Source: Sediminibacterium sp. (GTDB taxonomy: Bacteria; Bacteroidota; Bacteroidia; Chitinophagales; Chitinophagaceae). Taken from it: DNA of 61,331 nt. Shown here piece by piece: positions 30,640 to 41,075 of this stretch. Below the pieces are notes generated by a model that saw only the letters and a program-made list of their open reading frames with translations, was not told the origin of the DNA and ran no database searches. The stretch spans positions 1 to 61,331 of the forward strand of contig JBILQZ010000001.1 in NCBI GenBank assembly GCA_044372935.1, given 5' to 3'. A program made the position numbers and the translations under genes. Position 1 is the stretch's first letter, and each line of letters begins with the position of its first letter.

Positions 30640-32775
30640 TTAGTCTAATTTCTTTTTAAATAATCTTAAGGAGTTTAATGCCAATACGACATCACTTAAT
30701 GCCATAATAAGAGCACCATAAGTGGGTCCCCAGGTGCCCAAGAATCCTAAGGCAGCTACTGGAATGGCAATGATATTGTAAGAAAATGCCCAGCCTAAAT
30801 TTTCTTTAATAGTTTGGTAGGTTTTTCTTCCAAGTACCAAAGACATAGGTAGGTTCTTTAAACCATTATTCATTAAAACCACTTGGGCACTTTGTATAGC
30901 AATATGCGAAGCATTGCTTAATGAAATACCAATGGTTGCTTTTGCCAATGCAGGCGCATCATTGATACCATCGCCGACCATTGCGGTTGGTGCTATATTG
31001 GTTAATGCTGCAAGTTTGTTTAATTTATCTGCAGGACTTTGTTCCGCGATAATTTCTTGAATGCCCAATGCTTGACCCACTTGTTGACATTTTTCTTTTC
31101 TGTCACCGCTTAATAAAATGGTATGAATACCTTGACGATGTAATTGCTCAATCACGCCTTTTGCTTCTGGCCTGATCTGATCTGCTACATCAATCCAGCC
31201 CATCAATTGATTATTCTTTTGTATGTATATATTATGTCCGTCTTCTGCGCCCTGGTCTGTAAGTGTTTTGAAAGAACCAGCCCAATAGGTATTTCCAGCT
31301 TTATCTGTTGCTTGAATGCCCATGCCTTTTACTTCTTCTATAGTAGCCCATGGTAATTGCTCTGTAGTTTTCCAGGCTTCTTTGATACAATTGGCAATGG
31401 GATGATTGGAATATTTTTCTAAAGCATAGGTTATATTTTTAAATGCTTGTTCCGTCATTTGTCCTTCCGCTTCTGGGGCTAGTTTAAAACTACTAATTTC
31501 AAAATGACCTGTGGTCAAGGTGCCTGTTTTATCAAATACAACTTGTTTGATATCTTTAAAAGTTTCAAGGCTTTTTGCATTTTTAAATAAGACACCGTTT
31601 CTTGCGCCTCTACCTAGTCCAACTGCAATAGCAGCAGGGGTGGCTAATCCCATCGCGCATGGGCAAGAAATAACTAAGACTGCAATGGCTCTTAACATGC
31701 TTTCGCTAAATCCAATGGGCGTTAAAAAGTAATTACCTATTAATGTCAATAAAGCAATACCTACCACTAATGGCACAAAGATGGCGCTAATTTTATCTGC
31801 TAATACTTGCACAGGCGGCTTTTCACCTTGTGCTGCTTTGACCATTTTTAAAATATTCGCTAAAACGGTTTGATCACCAACTGCAGTGACATAGGCTTTG
31901 ATACTGCCATTTTCGACGGTACTACCGCCTAATAAAATATCTTTCATCTTACGATGTACCGGAACACTTTCTCCCGTTACAATGGCTTCGTTTACATTCG
32001 CTTCACCCGATAATATTTTACAATCCATCGGTACTGTTTCGCCTGAATTGATCAATAAAATATCACCCACTTTTAAAGTATCTGCTGCTACATTGAAAAT
32101 GATTTCTTTATGGTGTTCGTCAAATACAATCATATTGGCCATCACTTTTTGTGCTTTTACTAAATCTTTTAAAGCACGTTGTGTTGAGGCAATAGAGGCA
32201 TCTTCTAAATAATTACCAAAAAATACAAAAGTGATAATGCTCGCAGTCGTTTCGTAATAAGCAAACTGTGCACCTTGTCCAATGAGCGTGCCATATAAGC
32301 TATAGCCAAAAGAGGCAAGGGCGCCAATGGATACCAATACATTCATATTGGGGATACCATGCTTTAAACTATTGAGCGCACTTTTTCCAAAATAATTTAT
32401 CCCTACTAAAAAAACAGGGAGTGTAAGTCCTAGCTGAACATAAGGTTGCATCAACCAATGAATATGGATTCCTGGAATCATATGAACCATCAGGGGGATC
32501 GTAAAAATCAAAGAGAAGAAAGCACGTTCTTTATTGTTGTCCAACCATTTTTTTGCTACTTCCTCATCGGCTTGTCCTCTTACTTTATAACCAAGGTCCT
32601 GTATGCCCTTGATCAAAGCAGGTTTTTGCGCAGGGTCTACCAATTCAAATTGAACTTCGCCTTCCATGAAGTTGACTTTGGGTTCCTGTATGCCTTTGCT
32701 ATTTAAATATTTATGAATGGATAACGCGCAATTGGTACAGCTCATTCCATCTACTTTCCATTGAATGTTTTCCAT
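30640..32775 (-). CDS. P1B heavy-metal (probably Cu+) translocating ATPase
   Basis: HMA GMSCTNC, TGES, CPC, DKTGTLT, GDGINDAP, YN. Confidence 0.92.
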   Translation of the reverse strand: MENIQWKVDGMSCTNCALSIHKYLNSKGIQEPKVNFMEGEVQFELVDPAQKPALIKGIQDLGYKVRGQADEEVAKKWLDNNKERAFFSLIFTIPLMVHMIPGIHIHWLMQPYVQLGLTLPVFLVGINYFGKSALNSLKHGIPNMNVLVSIGALASFGYSLYGTLIGQGAQFAYYETTASIITFVFFGNYLEDASIASTQRALKDLVKAQKVMANMIVFDEHHKEIIFNVAADTLKVGDILLINSGETVPMDCKILSGEANVNEAIVTGESVPVHRKMKDILLGGSTVENGSIKAYVTAVGDQTVLANILKMVKAAQGEKPPVQVLADKISAIFVPLVVGIALLTLIGNYFLTPIGFSESMLRAIAVLVISCPCAMGLATPAAIAVGLGRGARNGVLFKNAKSLETFKDIKQVVFDKTGTLTTGHFEISSFKLAPEAEGQMTEQAFKNITYALEKYSNHPIANCIKEAWKTTEQLPWATIEEVKGMGIQATDKAGNTYWAGSFKTLTDQGAEDGHNIYIQKNNQLMGWIDVADQIRPEAKGVIEQLHRQGIHTILLSGDRKEKCQQVGQALGIQEIIAEQSPADKLNKLAALTNIAPTAMVGDGINDAPALAKATIGISLSNASHIAIQSAQVVLMNNGLKNLPMSLVLGRKTYQTIKENLGWAFSYNIIAIPVAALGFLGTWGPTYGALIMALSDVVLALNSLRLFKKKLD

Positions 32776-32844
32776 AGGGGTCGATTTATAACATAAAGGT
32801 ACGAAACCATTTTAGGATTGTATTTGAAGCTTTATATTTGCAAT

Positions 32845-33252
32845 ATGGACCTTATCTATACATTAGCAGAAACAGATCAAGTGGCGGCGCAATTGGTAGC
32901 GCAGTATGCCTCGAAACCGGTATGGGTATTTAAAGCCCCGATGGGTGCGGGCAAAACAACTTTGATTGCAGCAATTGGCAGGGCATTAGGTATTCAGCAG
33001 GCCATGTCTAGTCCTACTTTCTCCATCATGAATGAGTATCAAATTCAGGGTAAATTAATTTACCATATGGATTGGTATCGATTAGACAGTGAAGCCGAGG
33101 CAAGACAGGCAGGCGTAGAAGCTGCTTTAGAGGACGCTGATTTGTCTTTAGTAGAGTGGCCAGAAAAAGCCCCCAATTTAGTGCCAGATGACGCATTGGT
33201 GGTCAGCATTGAACTAATTGATCCGAATCAAAGACGCATCGTTTGCGCCTAA
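32845..33252 (+). CDS. tsaE: t6A biosynthesis ATPase TsaE
   Basis: MGAGKTT, SSPTFS, YHMDWYRL, VEWPE; start at the ATG at 32845, 4 nt after TATATTTG. Confidence 0.95.
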   Translation: MDLIYTLAETDQVAAQLVAQYASKPVWVFKAPMGAGKTTLIAAIGRALGIQQAMSSPTFSIMNEYQIQGKLIYHMDWYRLDSEAEARQAGVEAALEDADLSLVEWPEKAPNLVPDDALVVSIELIDPNQRRIVCA

Positions 33253-33337
33253 TATATCCTGCTTAATAAAGGCATATCCAATCAAGCTCCAAGGCTTGAA
33301 TCAATTGTATTTTTGTATCTTCATAAAAATATTTACT

Positions 33338-34552
33338 ATGAGTGTCACAAAGCCCCAAATTCATCCATCCTTTTCATATGAAACGCAGGAAGAAGTATTG
33401 GATATACCTCATAGTGCAAAACCTTTGTTAATTGGTATTCCTAAAGAAACCGCATTCCAAGAAAATAGAGTGGGGTTGATTCCAGAAGCGGTGGGTGTAT
33501 TGGTTGCCAATGGACATCGTGTCATGGTAGAGGCAGGTGCTGGATTAGGGAGTAGGTATACAGACAAAGATTATGCAGAAGCGGGTGCGGAAATTGTATT
33601 TGAAAAATCAGCGGTGTACCAATGTCCTATCCTTATTAAAACAGCGCCGCCGGTAGAATCTGATTTGCCTTATTTGCAGATGTACCAAACCATCATTTCA
33701 CCACTACATCTTTCTGCGATCAAACAAGAAGTACTAGTGCAATTGATGGCTAAAAAAATTACTGCATTATCCATTGAAAATATTAAAGATGAAAATCAAA
33801 ACTATCCTATTCTCAGAAGCATGAGCGAGATTGTAGGTAGTGCGGTGATGTTGATTGCAGGACAATATTTAAGTAGTTTTAATCAAGGTAAAGGCGTTTT
33901 GTTAGGCGGTATAAGTGGTGTGCCACCCACTAAAGTAGTGGTGATTGGCGCAGACATAACTGGAGAATTTGCAGTGCGTAATGCATTGGCATTAGGGGCG
34001 AGTGTAAAAGTATTTGACAATAATGTATCAAGGTTGCAAAGGCTGCAAAATAATTTAGGACAACGTGTTTGGACCTCTGTGATTGAACCTAATATTTTAG
34101 CGAAGCAATTAAAGACCTGTGAAGTAGCTGTTGGGGCATTAAGAAATGAGATAGGAAGGGCGCCCATTGTAGTGACAGAGGAAATGGTTATGAATATGCG
34201 TCCAGGAAGCATCATCATTGATGTAGCAGTGGATAGGGGTGGTTGTTTTGAGACCACTGAATTAACCAACCATGAAAAACCAATTGTTATCAAGCATGAT
34301 GTAATACATTATGGCGTACCTAATATCCCAAGTGGTTTTGCAAGAACCGCGAGCCAAGCAATTAGCAATGTATTAATGCATTTAATGGTAGAGATAGGAG
34401 ATCAGGGTGGTTTAGAGGAAATCATCTGGCACCACGTGCATTTGCGCGAAGGAGTATATTTATACAAAGGGGCATTGACTGATTTTTACATCAGTGAAAA
34501 GTGTAATTTAAAATATACCGATTTGAATTTGTTGATTGCTAGTAGAAGTTAA
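33338..34552 (+). CDS. ald: Alanine dehydrogenase-family protein
   Basis: IGIPKE...ENRV, MSEI, GVLLGG, IDVAVDRGGCFET, HYGVPNIP; start at the ATG at 33338. Confidence 0.8.
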   Translation: MSVTKPQIHPSFSYETQEEVLDIPHSAKPLLIGIPKETAFQENRVGLIPEAVGVLVANGHRVMVEAGAGLGSRYTDKDYAEAGAEIVFEKSAVYQCPILIKTAPPVESDLPYLQMYQTIISPLHLSAIKQEVLVQLMAKKITALSIENIKDENQNYPILRSMSEIVGSAVMLIAGQYLSSFNQGKGVLLGGISGVPPTKVVVIGADITGEFAVRNALALGASVKVFDNNVSRLQRLQNNLGQRVWTSVIEPNILAKQLKTCEVAVGALRNEIGRAPIVVTEEMVMNMRPGSIIIDVAVDRGGCFETTELTNHEKPIVIKHDVIHYGVPNIPSGFARTASQAISNVLMHLMVEIGDQGGLEEIIWHHVHLREGVYLYKGALTDFYISEKCNLKYTDLNLLIASRS

Positions 34553-34608
34553 ACCCAAAGAAGCGCAGTCGGTTCAAGCAAGTTTTCCCTTGCTGTTGTA
34601 GCTCCAAT

Positions 34609-35229
34609 TTATTTTTTGTAAGCGGTGATGGCCAATTGTTGGTCACAAAAATGATATTCTTCTGGGTCATTACTTGCGACAATAATTAACTTATGCATTG
34701 CATACTGAGCGATTAATTGTTGATAGGTTTGAATTCCTTCTTGATCCAAATTGCTGCAAGGTTCATCTAATAGCAAAATGGGTGCTTGGTCAAAAATGGC
34801 CAGTCCTAATTTCAATCTTTGTTTCATCCCGCTACTGAAATTCCTAATTTGTTTATCTGCCGCTTTTTCTAATCCTATCTTTGCTAAAATTTCTTGCGCG
34901 CTTAGCGTAGGCTGGATAGCTTTAAATTGTTGATGAAATTCAATTTGCTCTAATGCAGTTAATTCTTCCACCAATTCTAAATAGGGGGCAGCGATACTAA
35001 TTTGTTTAAAAATAGCAGCAGCATCAATGGACTGGTCTGCATTTGACCAATGTATTGTTCCTTTTGTAAGTCCTATATAGCCAGCTATAATTTGTAATAA
35101 AGTACTTTTTCCTGATCCATTATTGCCTATCAATGCATAATGATGCCCTGTTGTAAATTCAAAATCAAGATGGGAGAAAATCCATTCCTGATGAAATCTT
35201 TTTGCAGCAGCGGTCAGGGTAATTTGCAT
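34609..35229 (-). CDS. Stand-alone ABC ATP-binding protein
   Basis: GNNGSGKST, FSSGMKQR, LLDEP. Confidence 0.9.
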   Translation of the reverse strand: MQITLTAAAKRFHQEWIFSHLDFEFTTGHHYALIGNNGSGKSTLLQIIAGYIGLTKGTIHWSNADQSIDAAAIFKQISIAAPYLELVEELTALEQIEFHQQFKAIQPTLSAQEILAKIGLEKAADKQIRNFSSGMKQRLKLGLAIFDQAPILLLDEPCSNLDQEGIQTYQQLIAQYAMHKLIIVASNDPEEYHFCDQQLAITAYKK

Positions 35230-35230
35230 A

Positions 35231-36028
35231 TTAATCTTCTTCTGATGCGCCTTTTACAAAACGCTTAATAATACCTCTACCACTTTCTCTGATAAATGTA
35301 ACAATCTCGTCGCGCTCATCTGTTGCAGGTAATTCTTCTTCAATAAATGCAAGTGCTTGTGTGGTATTCATTCCTTTATTGAAAATATAACGGTAGATGT
35401 CTAAGATATGATTGATCTTTTCTAAATCAAATCCTCTGCGCTTTAAGCCAACACTATTGACACCACCGTAGCTCAGTGGATTACGTACTGCTTTGATATA
35501 AGGAGGCACATCTTTGCTCACCAAACTTCCCCCAGCGATATACGCATGTTGGCCAATTTGAACAAATTGATGCACGGCACTTACCCCAGCGATCCAAGCA
35601 TAATCACCTAGTGTAACGTGTCCTGCTACTTGTACGCTATTGCTTAAAATACAATGATTGCCAATGATACAGTCGTGCGCAATATGGCTATAGGCCATGA
35701 TCAAACAATGGCTGCCCACTTTGGTTACCCAACGATCCGAAGTACCTCTATTGATGGTCACAAATTCTCTGATGGTAGTATGGTCTCCAATTTCAACGGT
35801 GGTTTTTTCGCCATTGAATTTTAAGTCTTGAGGATCGGCGCCAATTACGGCACCAGGGAAGATGCGGCAATTTTTTCCAACAGTCGTCCCATTCATAATG
35901 GTAACATTACTTCCAATCCAAGTGCCTTCTCCAATAGTTACATCACTATGTATCACAGTAAAAGGATCAATCTTTACATTGGATGCTACTTTTGCATTAG
36001 GATCTATATAAGTAAATGGATGCGTCAT
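35231..36028 (-). CDS. lpxA: UDP-GlcNAc acyltransferase
   Basis: Hexapeptide repeats, PQDLKF, IREFVTINRGT, HIAHDC, VHQF. Confidence 0.97.
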   Translation of the reverse strand: MTHPFTYIDPNAKVASNVKIDPFTVIHSDVTIGEGTWIGSNVTIMNGTTVGKNCRIFPGAVIGADPQDLKFNGEKTTVEIGDHTTIREFVTINRGTSDRWVTKVGSHCLIMAYSHIAHDCIIGNHCILSNSVQVAGHVTLGDYAWIAGVSAVHQFVQIGQHAYIAGGSLVSKDVPPYIKAVRNPLSYGGVNSVGLKRRGFDLEKINHILDIYRYIFNKGMNTTQALAFIEEELPATDERDEIVTFIRESGRGIIKRFVKGASEED

Positions 36029-36038
36029 AGGTATAATT

Positions 36039-37448
36039 TTATTCTGCTCTTTTTACAACTTGAGCAACAAGTTCTGCCTCTGTAGCTACTTTGCCATTTA
36101 CATAGACAGTGCCACGCATTTCGCAAATACCTCTGCGAATTGGAGCCATCAATTCTAATTTAAGCAACATGGTATCACCTGGTTTTACCATTTGTTTAAA
36201 TTTACAATTGTTAATTTTTAAAAAATAAGTATCGTATGTGCCTTGTGGCATCGCATTGATACAAAGGATTCCACCAGTTTGTGCTAAAGCTTCAATTTGT
36301 AACACACCTGGCATCACTGGATTACCTGGAAAATGACCAGGGAAAAACCATTCATTGAAAGTCACATTCTTAACCCCAACAATGCAGGTGTCACTTAATT
36401 CAATAATCTTGTCTACCAATAAAAATGGATGACGATGTGGTAAAGTTTTTTCTATTTGCTCTAAAGTATAAACAGGCGTTGCGCTAGGATCATAAACAGG
36501 TACATCTTTTACATGCTTGTTCTTTTTGATGTACTGCTTTATTTTTTTAGCAAACTCAACGTTACTGCTATGACCAGGTCGGTTGGCAATGATTCTTGCT
36601 TTAATAGGATAACCAATTAATGCTAAGTCGCCCACCACATCAAGCAATTTATGTCTTGCTGGTTCATTCGGGAACCTTAATTCCAAATTATTTAAATAGC
36701 CTTCGCTTTTTACTTCAATTTTTTCGCGCTTGAAAACTTTTGCTAACCTGCCCATTTCTTCATTGGTAACAGGCTTGTCCACAACAACGATGGCGTTATT
36801 GATATCCCCACCTTTAATTAAATCATGTTCTAATAAAGTCTCTAATTCATGTAGGAAACAAAAAGTTCTACAAGGTGCAATTTCAGCTTTAAAATCTTTA
36901 ATTGTTTTTAAGGCAGCATGTTGGGTACCTAAAACTGGACTATTAAAATCAATCAAAGTGGTGATTTGATAATCTAGTGCAGGTAGCGCAACCATTTCAA
37001 CTCGCTTGTCTTCGTCGTAATGAAAAATATTTTCATCAATACTATACCAAGCTTTTGCCGCATCTTGTTCCAATACGCCAGCTTTTTCAATCGCTTCGAT
37101 AAAAGGAGATGAACTTCCATCCATGATTGGAATCTCTGGGCCATTCAATTCGATTAAAGCATTGTCGACACCTTTTCCTACTAAGGCAGCAAGAATATGT
37201 TCTACCGTGCTCACTTTCGCATCTCCCACCTGAAGTGTGGTACCACGACTTGTATCGGTTACTAAATCACAATCTGCTTTTATGATTGGTTGATTAGGAA
37301 GATCTACTCTTTGAAACTGAATACCATATCCTGGGTTAGCTGGATGTAAGGTCATATCCACTAAAATGCCCGTATGCAATCCAGTGCCACTGATACTGAT
37401 ACTTTGTTGAAGTGTATGTTGCTTATCGGGATTGAAATGTTGATCCAT
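36039..37448 (-). CDS. lpxC-fabZ: Bifunctional LpxC/FabZ
   Basis: GTGLHTG, TVEH, RHKLLD (LpxC); LPHRHPFLLVD, GHFPGNPVMPGV (FabZ). Confidence 0.97.
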   Translation of the reverse strand: MDQHFNPDKQHTLQQSISISGTGLHTGILVDMTLHPANPGYGIQFQRVDLPNQPIIKADCDLVTDTSRGTTLQVGDAKVSTVEHILAALVGKGVDNALIELNGPEIPIMDGSSSPFIEAIEKAGVLEQDAAKAWYSIDENIFHYDEDKRVEMVALPALDYQITTLIDFNSPVLGTQHAALKTIKDFKAEIAPCRTFCFLHELETLLEHDLIKGGDINNAIVVVDKPVTNEEMGRLAKVFKREKIEVKSEGYLNNLELRFPNEPARHKLLDVVGDLALIGYPIKARIIANRPGHSSNVEFAKKIKQYIKKNKHVKDVPVYDPSATPVYTLEQIEKTLPHRHPFLLVDKIIELSDTCIVGVKNVTFNEWFFPGHFPGNPVMPGVLQIEALAQTGGILCINAMPQGTYDTYFLKINNCKFKQMVKPGDTMLLKLELMAPIRRGICEMRGTVYVNGKVATEAELVAQVVKRAE

Positions 37449-37508
37449 GTGTAACTAATTTAGAATAGCTTACTTAAAAGCTTGATTTTAAGCAAAAATA
37501 CGGCCGAA

Positions 37509-38555
37509 TTAGCCTTTTTGAGACAGTTGCTGTACTAATATTTCCAGTTCTTGGAGTCTTTTTTCCATTTCTGGGAGGTTTTTAACGTAAACCTGGCTTC
37601 TTAGGCTTTGTTTTTGATCTCCAGCAGGGTTGCCTGTAAGTGTAGTTTGGGGTGTTTTAACCGATTTGGTTACACCACTTTGTGCAGCAATTTTAACCCC
37701 ATCTGCCACCTGGATATGTCCTGCAAATCCAACCTGACCACCCACCATCACATTTTGTCCAATTTTAGTACTGCCACTGATGCCTGTTTGAGCAGCAATT
37801 ACCGTATTGGATCCTATTTCTGCATTGTGTGCAATTTGAATGAGGTTATCTAATTTAACGCCTTTTCTTATCACAGTAGAGCCAATCGTTGCTCTATCAA
37901 TAGTCGTATTAGCGCCTATTTCTACTTCATCTTCTATCACCACATTGCCTAGTTGAGGTACTTTTTGAAAACTTCCATCTTCTTTTGGGGCAAATCCAAA
38001 TCCATCACTTCCAATAATACTGCCACTATGGATCGTAACATGATTACCGATCACGCAGTCTGCATAAATTACTACACCAGGATGAATTGTAACATTGTTG
38101 CCAATTTTTACATTTTCACCAATCACCACATTGCTAAATATTTTTACGTTGTCACCTAATACAGCGGCTTCGCTGATATAGGCAAAAGCAGCAATAAAAT
38201 GTCCTTCACCTAATGTTGCTGTTGGAGCAATAAATGAGGGTGTTTGAATACCCACTAAATTTTGTGTTTTGAGGGCTTGGTATTTTGTAAGTAGGGTTGC
38301 GAATGCAGCGTATGCATCAGGAACTCTAATGAGTGTTGCATTTATTTTTTGCTTAAGCACTTGCTTGTCACTAATGATAATGATAGATGCTGCGGTCGTG
38401 TATAAAAATTCTTCGTATTTAGGGTTTGCTAAAAAGGAGAGTTGCCCTAATTGAGCTTCTTCAATTTTACCAAAATTTTTGACAGTCACAGATGCGTCAC
38501 CTTCAACCTGACCTTGAATCATCATTGCTATCTGTTGGGCACTAAATTCTAACAT
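37509..38555 (-). CDS. lpxD: UDP-3-O-acylglucosamine N-acyltransferase
   Basis: [34 protein letters not shown]. Confidence 0.97.
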   Translation of the reverse strand: MLEFSAQQIAMMIQGQVEGDASVTVKNFGKIEEAQLGQLSFLANPKYEEFLYTTAASIIIISDKQVLKQKINATLIRVPDAYAAFATLLTKYQALKTQNLVGIQTPSFIAPTATLGEGHFIAAFAYISEAAVLGDNVKIFSNVVIGENVKIGNNVTIHPGVVIYADCVIGNHVTIHSGSIIGSDGFGFAPKEDGSFQKVPQLGNVVIEDEVEIGANTTIDRATIGSTVIRKGVKLDNLIQIAHNAEIGSNTVIAAQTGISGSTKIGQNVMVGGQVGFAGHIQVADGVKIAAQSGVTKSVKTPQTTLTGNPAGDQKQSLRSQVYVKNLPEMEKRLQELEILVQQLSQKG

Positions 38556-38583
38556 GCGTTGCTTGTTTAAATGAATTGGGGGG

Positions 38584-39813
38584 TTATTCGCTTAGCGAAC
38601 AAATGTAAAATTTTTTGACTGGGGTAGAAAGACTTTCAACGATTAATGCGTTTTGTACCTCTGAAATGGTAGAAATTTCACCTTTTTTTAGCAAAATATG
38701 AATGTTCTCACTATCATTCTTGTACAAGGTATTGCTTGTTTCTCCTTTAAAACAAAGAAATGCTGCACCTGCTTCATCCACTTTGAACTTTGATTTTGTT
38801 GCTTGGATTGCCTCTTGCAAAGTAGCTTCATCAATCGGCTCGGATTGAAGTTGACACTTGTAGATTTTACGATTCAATAATCTATTGCATAATAAAGATA
38901 AAATTGGATCAGGATGTGTTTGCCATTTTTTGATAGCGAACATAATATCTGTGTCATCTAATTGACAATAAGCTGCTATATCAATTTGCTCCAGTGCACT
39001 AAAATTGTTGGATAAAAAATAATCCAAAATGCCTCCTGTTGCAATTGCATTGTCTTTAGCTTCGGTCAATTGTCTTGCTCTCTGTATAATCTTCACCAAC
39101 ATATTTTCTGCAGCAATGACTGTTTTATGACGGTATACTTGCCAGTACATTAATCTTCTTGCTACTAAAAATTTCTCCACACTATTAATGCCTTTTTCTT
39201 CGACCAATAAAACATTGTCTTTTACATTCAGCATTTTTATAATGCGCTCATAACCAATCACGCCTTCGCTCACCCCAGTAAAAAAGCTATCTCTAGACAA
39301 ATAGTCTAGTCTATCCACATCTAGTTGTCCACTGATTAATTGGTGTAAAAATGTTTTTGGATATTGGTTGGTAAAAATGCGAATCGCTAAATCTAGTTTC
39401 CCATTTAATGCAGGATTAGGGTCGGCATTTAGTTGTTGCATGATCAATAAAGAGAGGGACTCGTGGTGTACTCCTTTGATCAATACATTTTCTAATGCAT
39501 GTGAATAAGGTCCATGGCCAATATCGTGCATTAGGATAGCGGCTTTCGCAGCCTGTGCTTCTTCTGGACTAATATCAACACCTTTATCTTTAAGTTCATT
39601 GATTGCATTACACATGAGCTGGTAAGCTCCAAGTGAATGATGCAAACGCGTGTGTACCGCGCCAGGATAAACCAAGTTCGCCAATGCCATTTGTTGCACC
39701 CTTCTTAAGCGTTGAAAAAAAGGATGGTTAAAGAGGGCAAATATCAATGGGTCATTGATGGTAATAAAACCATGAACAGGGTCATTGATCATTTTTCGAG
39801 TCAAAAATTCCAT
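38584..39813 (-). CDS. HD-domain phosphohydrolase (SAMHD1/dNTPase-like)
   Basis: [44 protein letters not shown]. Confidence 0.92.
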   Translation of the reverse strand: MEFLTRKMINDPVHGFITINDPLIFALFNHPFFQRLRRVQQMALANLVYPGAVHTRLHHSLGAYQLMCNAINELKDKGVDISPEEAQAAKAAILMHDIGHGPYSHALENVLIKGVHHESLSLLIMQQLNADPNPALNGKLDLAIRIFTNQYPKTFLHQLISGQLDVDRLDYLSRDSFFTGVSEGVIGYERIIKMLNVKDNVLLVEEKGINSVEKFLVARRLMYWQVYRHKTVIAAENMLVKIIQRARQLTEAKDNAIATGGILDYFLSNNFSALEQIDIAAYCQLDDTDIMFAIKKWQTHPDPILSLLCNRLLNRKIYKCQLQSEPIDEATLQEAIQATKSKFKVDEAGAAFLCFKGETSNTLYKNDSENIHILLKKGEISTISEVQNALIVESLSTPVKKFYICSLSE

Positions 39814-39945
39814 AGGCTAAATGTGTTGACAAAGGTACGAAATGTGAATAACTCCTGCGTTTTATTTAAAAATGGACTGTTTCAAAAAACTATCTTTGTA
39901 GCAGCGGTAAATCAAGGTAAACCCTACTTAAAACAGCCCATTTTT

Positions 39946-40218
39946 ATGAAAATCACACAAGGCACTTTAGATAAATTAGAGGATATATTAGGCGAATCTG
40001 AATATGTGGTAAGGTATGAGCGTGGCAATTTCCAAAGTGGATGGTGTTTGCTTGAATCAAAGAAAATTGTCGTTCTAAATAAATTTTTGAACTTGGAAGC
40101 AAGGATTAATACTTTACTAGAATTGATCCCACAATTAGCAATTGACTTTGATAAGTTGACGCATGACTCTCAAAAGTTATACGAGGAAGTGAAGCGCATT
40201 GCCTTGACAGAAGCATAA
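39946..40218 (+). CDS. Hypothetical protein, 90 aa
   Basis: ATG at 39946 downstream of TATCTTTG (39891-39898); VRYERGNFQSGWC core. The upstream extension in the track overlaps the HD gene. Confidence 0.7.
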   Translation: MKITQGTLDKLEDILGESEYVVRYERGNFQSGWCLLESKKIVVLNKFLNLEARINTLLELIPQLAIDFDKLTHDSQKLYEEVKRIALTEA

Positions 40219-40236
40219 TTAATTAACCCTTTTGCT

Positions 40237-41016
40237 TTGTTACGAATCACCATTTTAGGATCAGGCACCAGTACTGGAGTGCCATTAATAGGCTGTAACT
40301 GTCCTGTTTGTACCTCGAATGATCCTAAAGACAATAGATTAAGAACAAGTATTAAGATTGAATCCGAAACCACCTGTATTATCATAGATACCACGCCAGA
40401 TTTCAGGTATCAAATGCTACGCACCAATACGACAAAAATAGATGCAGTGGTTTTTACCCATCCACATAGAGATCATTATGCAGGATTAGATGATATTAGA
40501 CCTTATAATTTTTTCTCAGGGAAGTCGATGCCGATCTATGCAAATGAGATTACCCAAGTAGCCATTCGTCGTGATTTTTATTATGCTTTCGAAGCAAATA
40601 AAGCAGCTGGCCTACCAGAAATGCAATTACTTACTATTGATCAGGAACAGCCTTTTACCATTGGAGATATTCAATTGATACCCATTCAAGTGATGCACCA
40701 AGACATGCCCGTATTAGGATTTAGAGTAGGTGATTTTACCTATATCACGGATGCAAATTTTATCGCAGCAGCAGAACTTGAAAAGATTAAGGGTTCAAAA
40801 ATACTTATCCTCAATGCGCTTCGTCCTGATCCACATCCAACACATTTTACTTTAGCAGAAGCAATTGAGCTAGCAACTAATTTAGCTGTGCCACAAACTT
40901 ATTTTACGCATTTTAGCCATCAGATTGGCTTGCATCAAGAAGTGGATCCTAGTTTGCCCAAAGGCATTGCCATGGCCTATGACGGCTTGGAGCTTCTTTT
41001 AGAAAACGCTTTTTAA
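40237..41016 (+). CDS. PhnP/YycJ-like MBL-fold phosphodiesterase
   Basis: LGSGTSTGVP, CxCxxC, THPHRDHYAG, THFSH, AYDGL. Confidence 0.9.
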   Translation: MLRITILGSGTSTGVPLIGCNCPVCTSNDPKDNRLRTSIKIESETTCIIIDTTPDFRYQMLRTNTTKIDAVVFTHPHRDHYAGLDDIRPYNFFSGKSMPIYANEITQVAIRRDFYYAFEANKAAGLPEMQLLTIDQEQPFTIGDIQLIPIQVMHQDMPVLGFRVGDFTYITDANFIAAAELEKIKGSKILILNALRPDPHPTHFTLAEAIELATNLAVPQTYFTHFSHQIGLHQEVDPSLPKGIAMAYDGLELLLENAF

Positions 41017-41075
41017 TAAGTAGTTTTACGCAGTTTAGCAACCAATTGATTGAGTAGTTTTATCGAAATACAACT

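Noticed and set aside
36039-37448. LpxC-FabZ fusion as a novelty
   Set aside because: Well known and standard in Bacteroidota.
39712-39945. N-terminal extension of the 168 aa ORF in the track
   Set aside because: Overlaps the HD gene start and the promoter region; the ATG at 39946 is more plausible. The same reasoning trimmed starts of ORFs at 8305, 12707, 14444, 14961, 28870, 32818, 33218, 49007, 49412 and 55528.
38584-41016. HD hydrolase, MBL hydrolase and small ORF as an anti-phage nucleotide-depletion system
   Set aside because: The HD gene heads the conserved lpx cluster and the MBL protein is a housekeeping PhnP type; no defence-island context.
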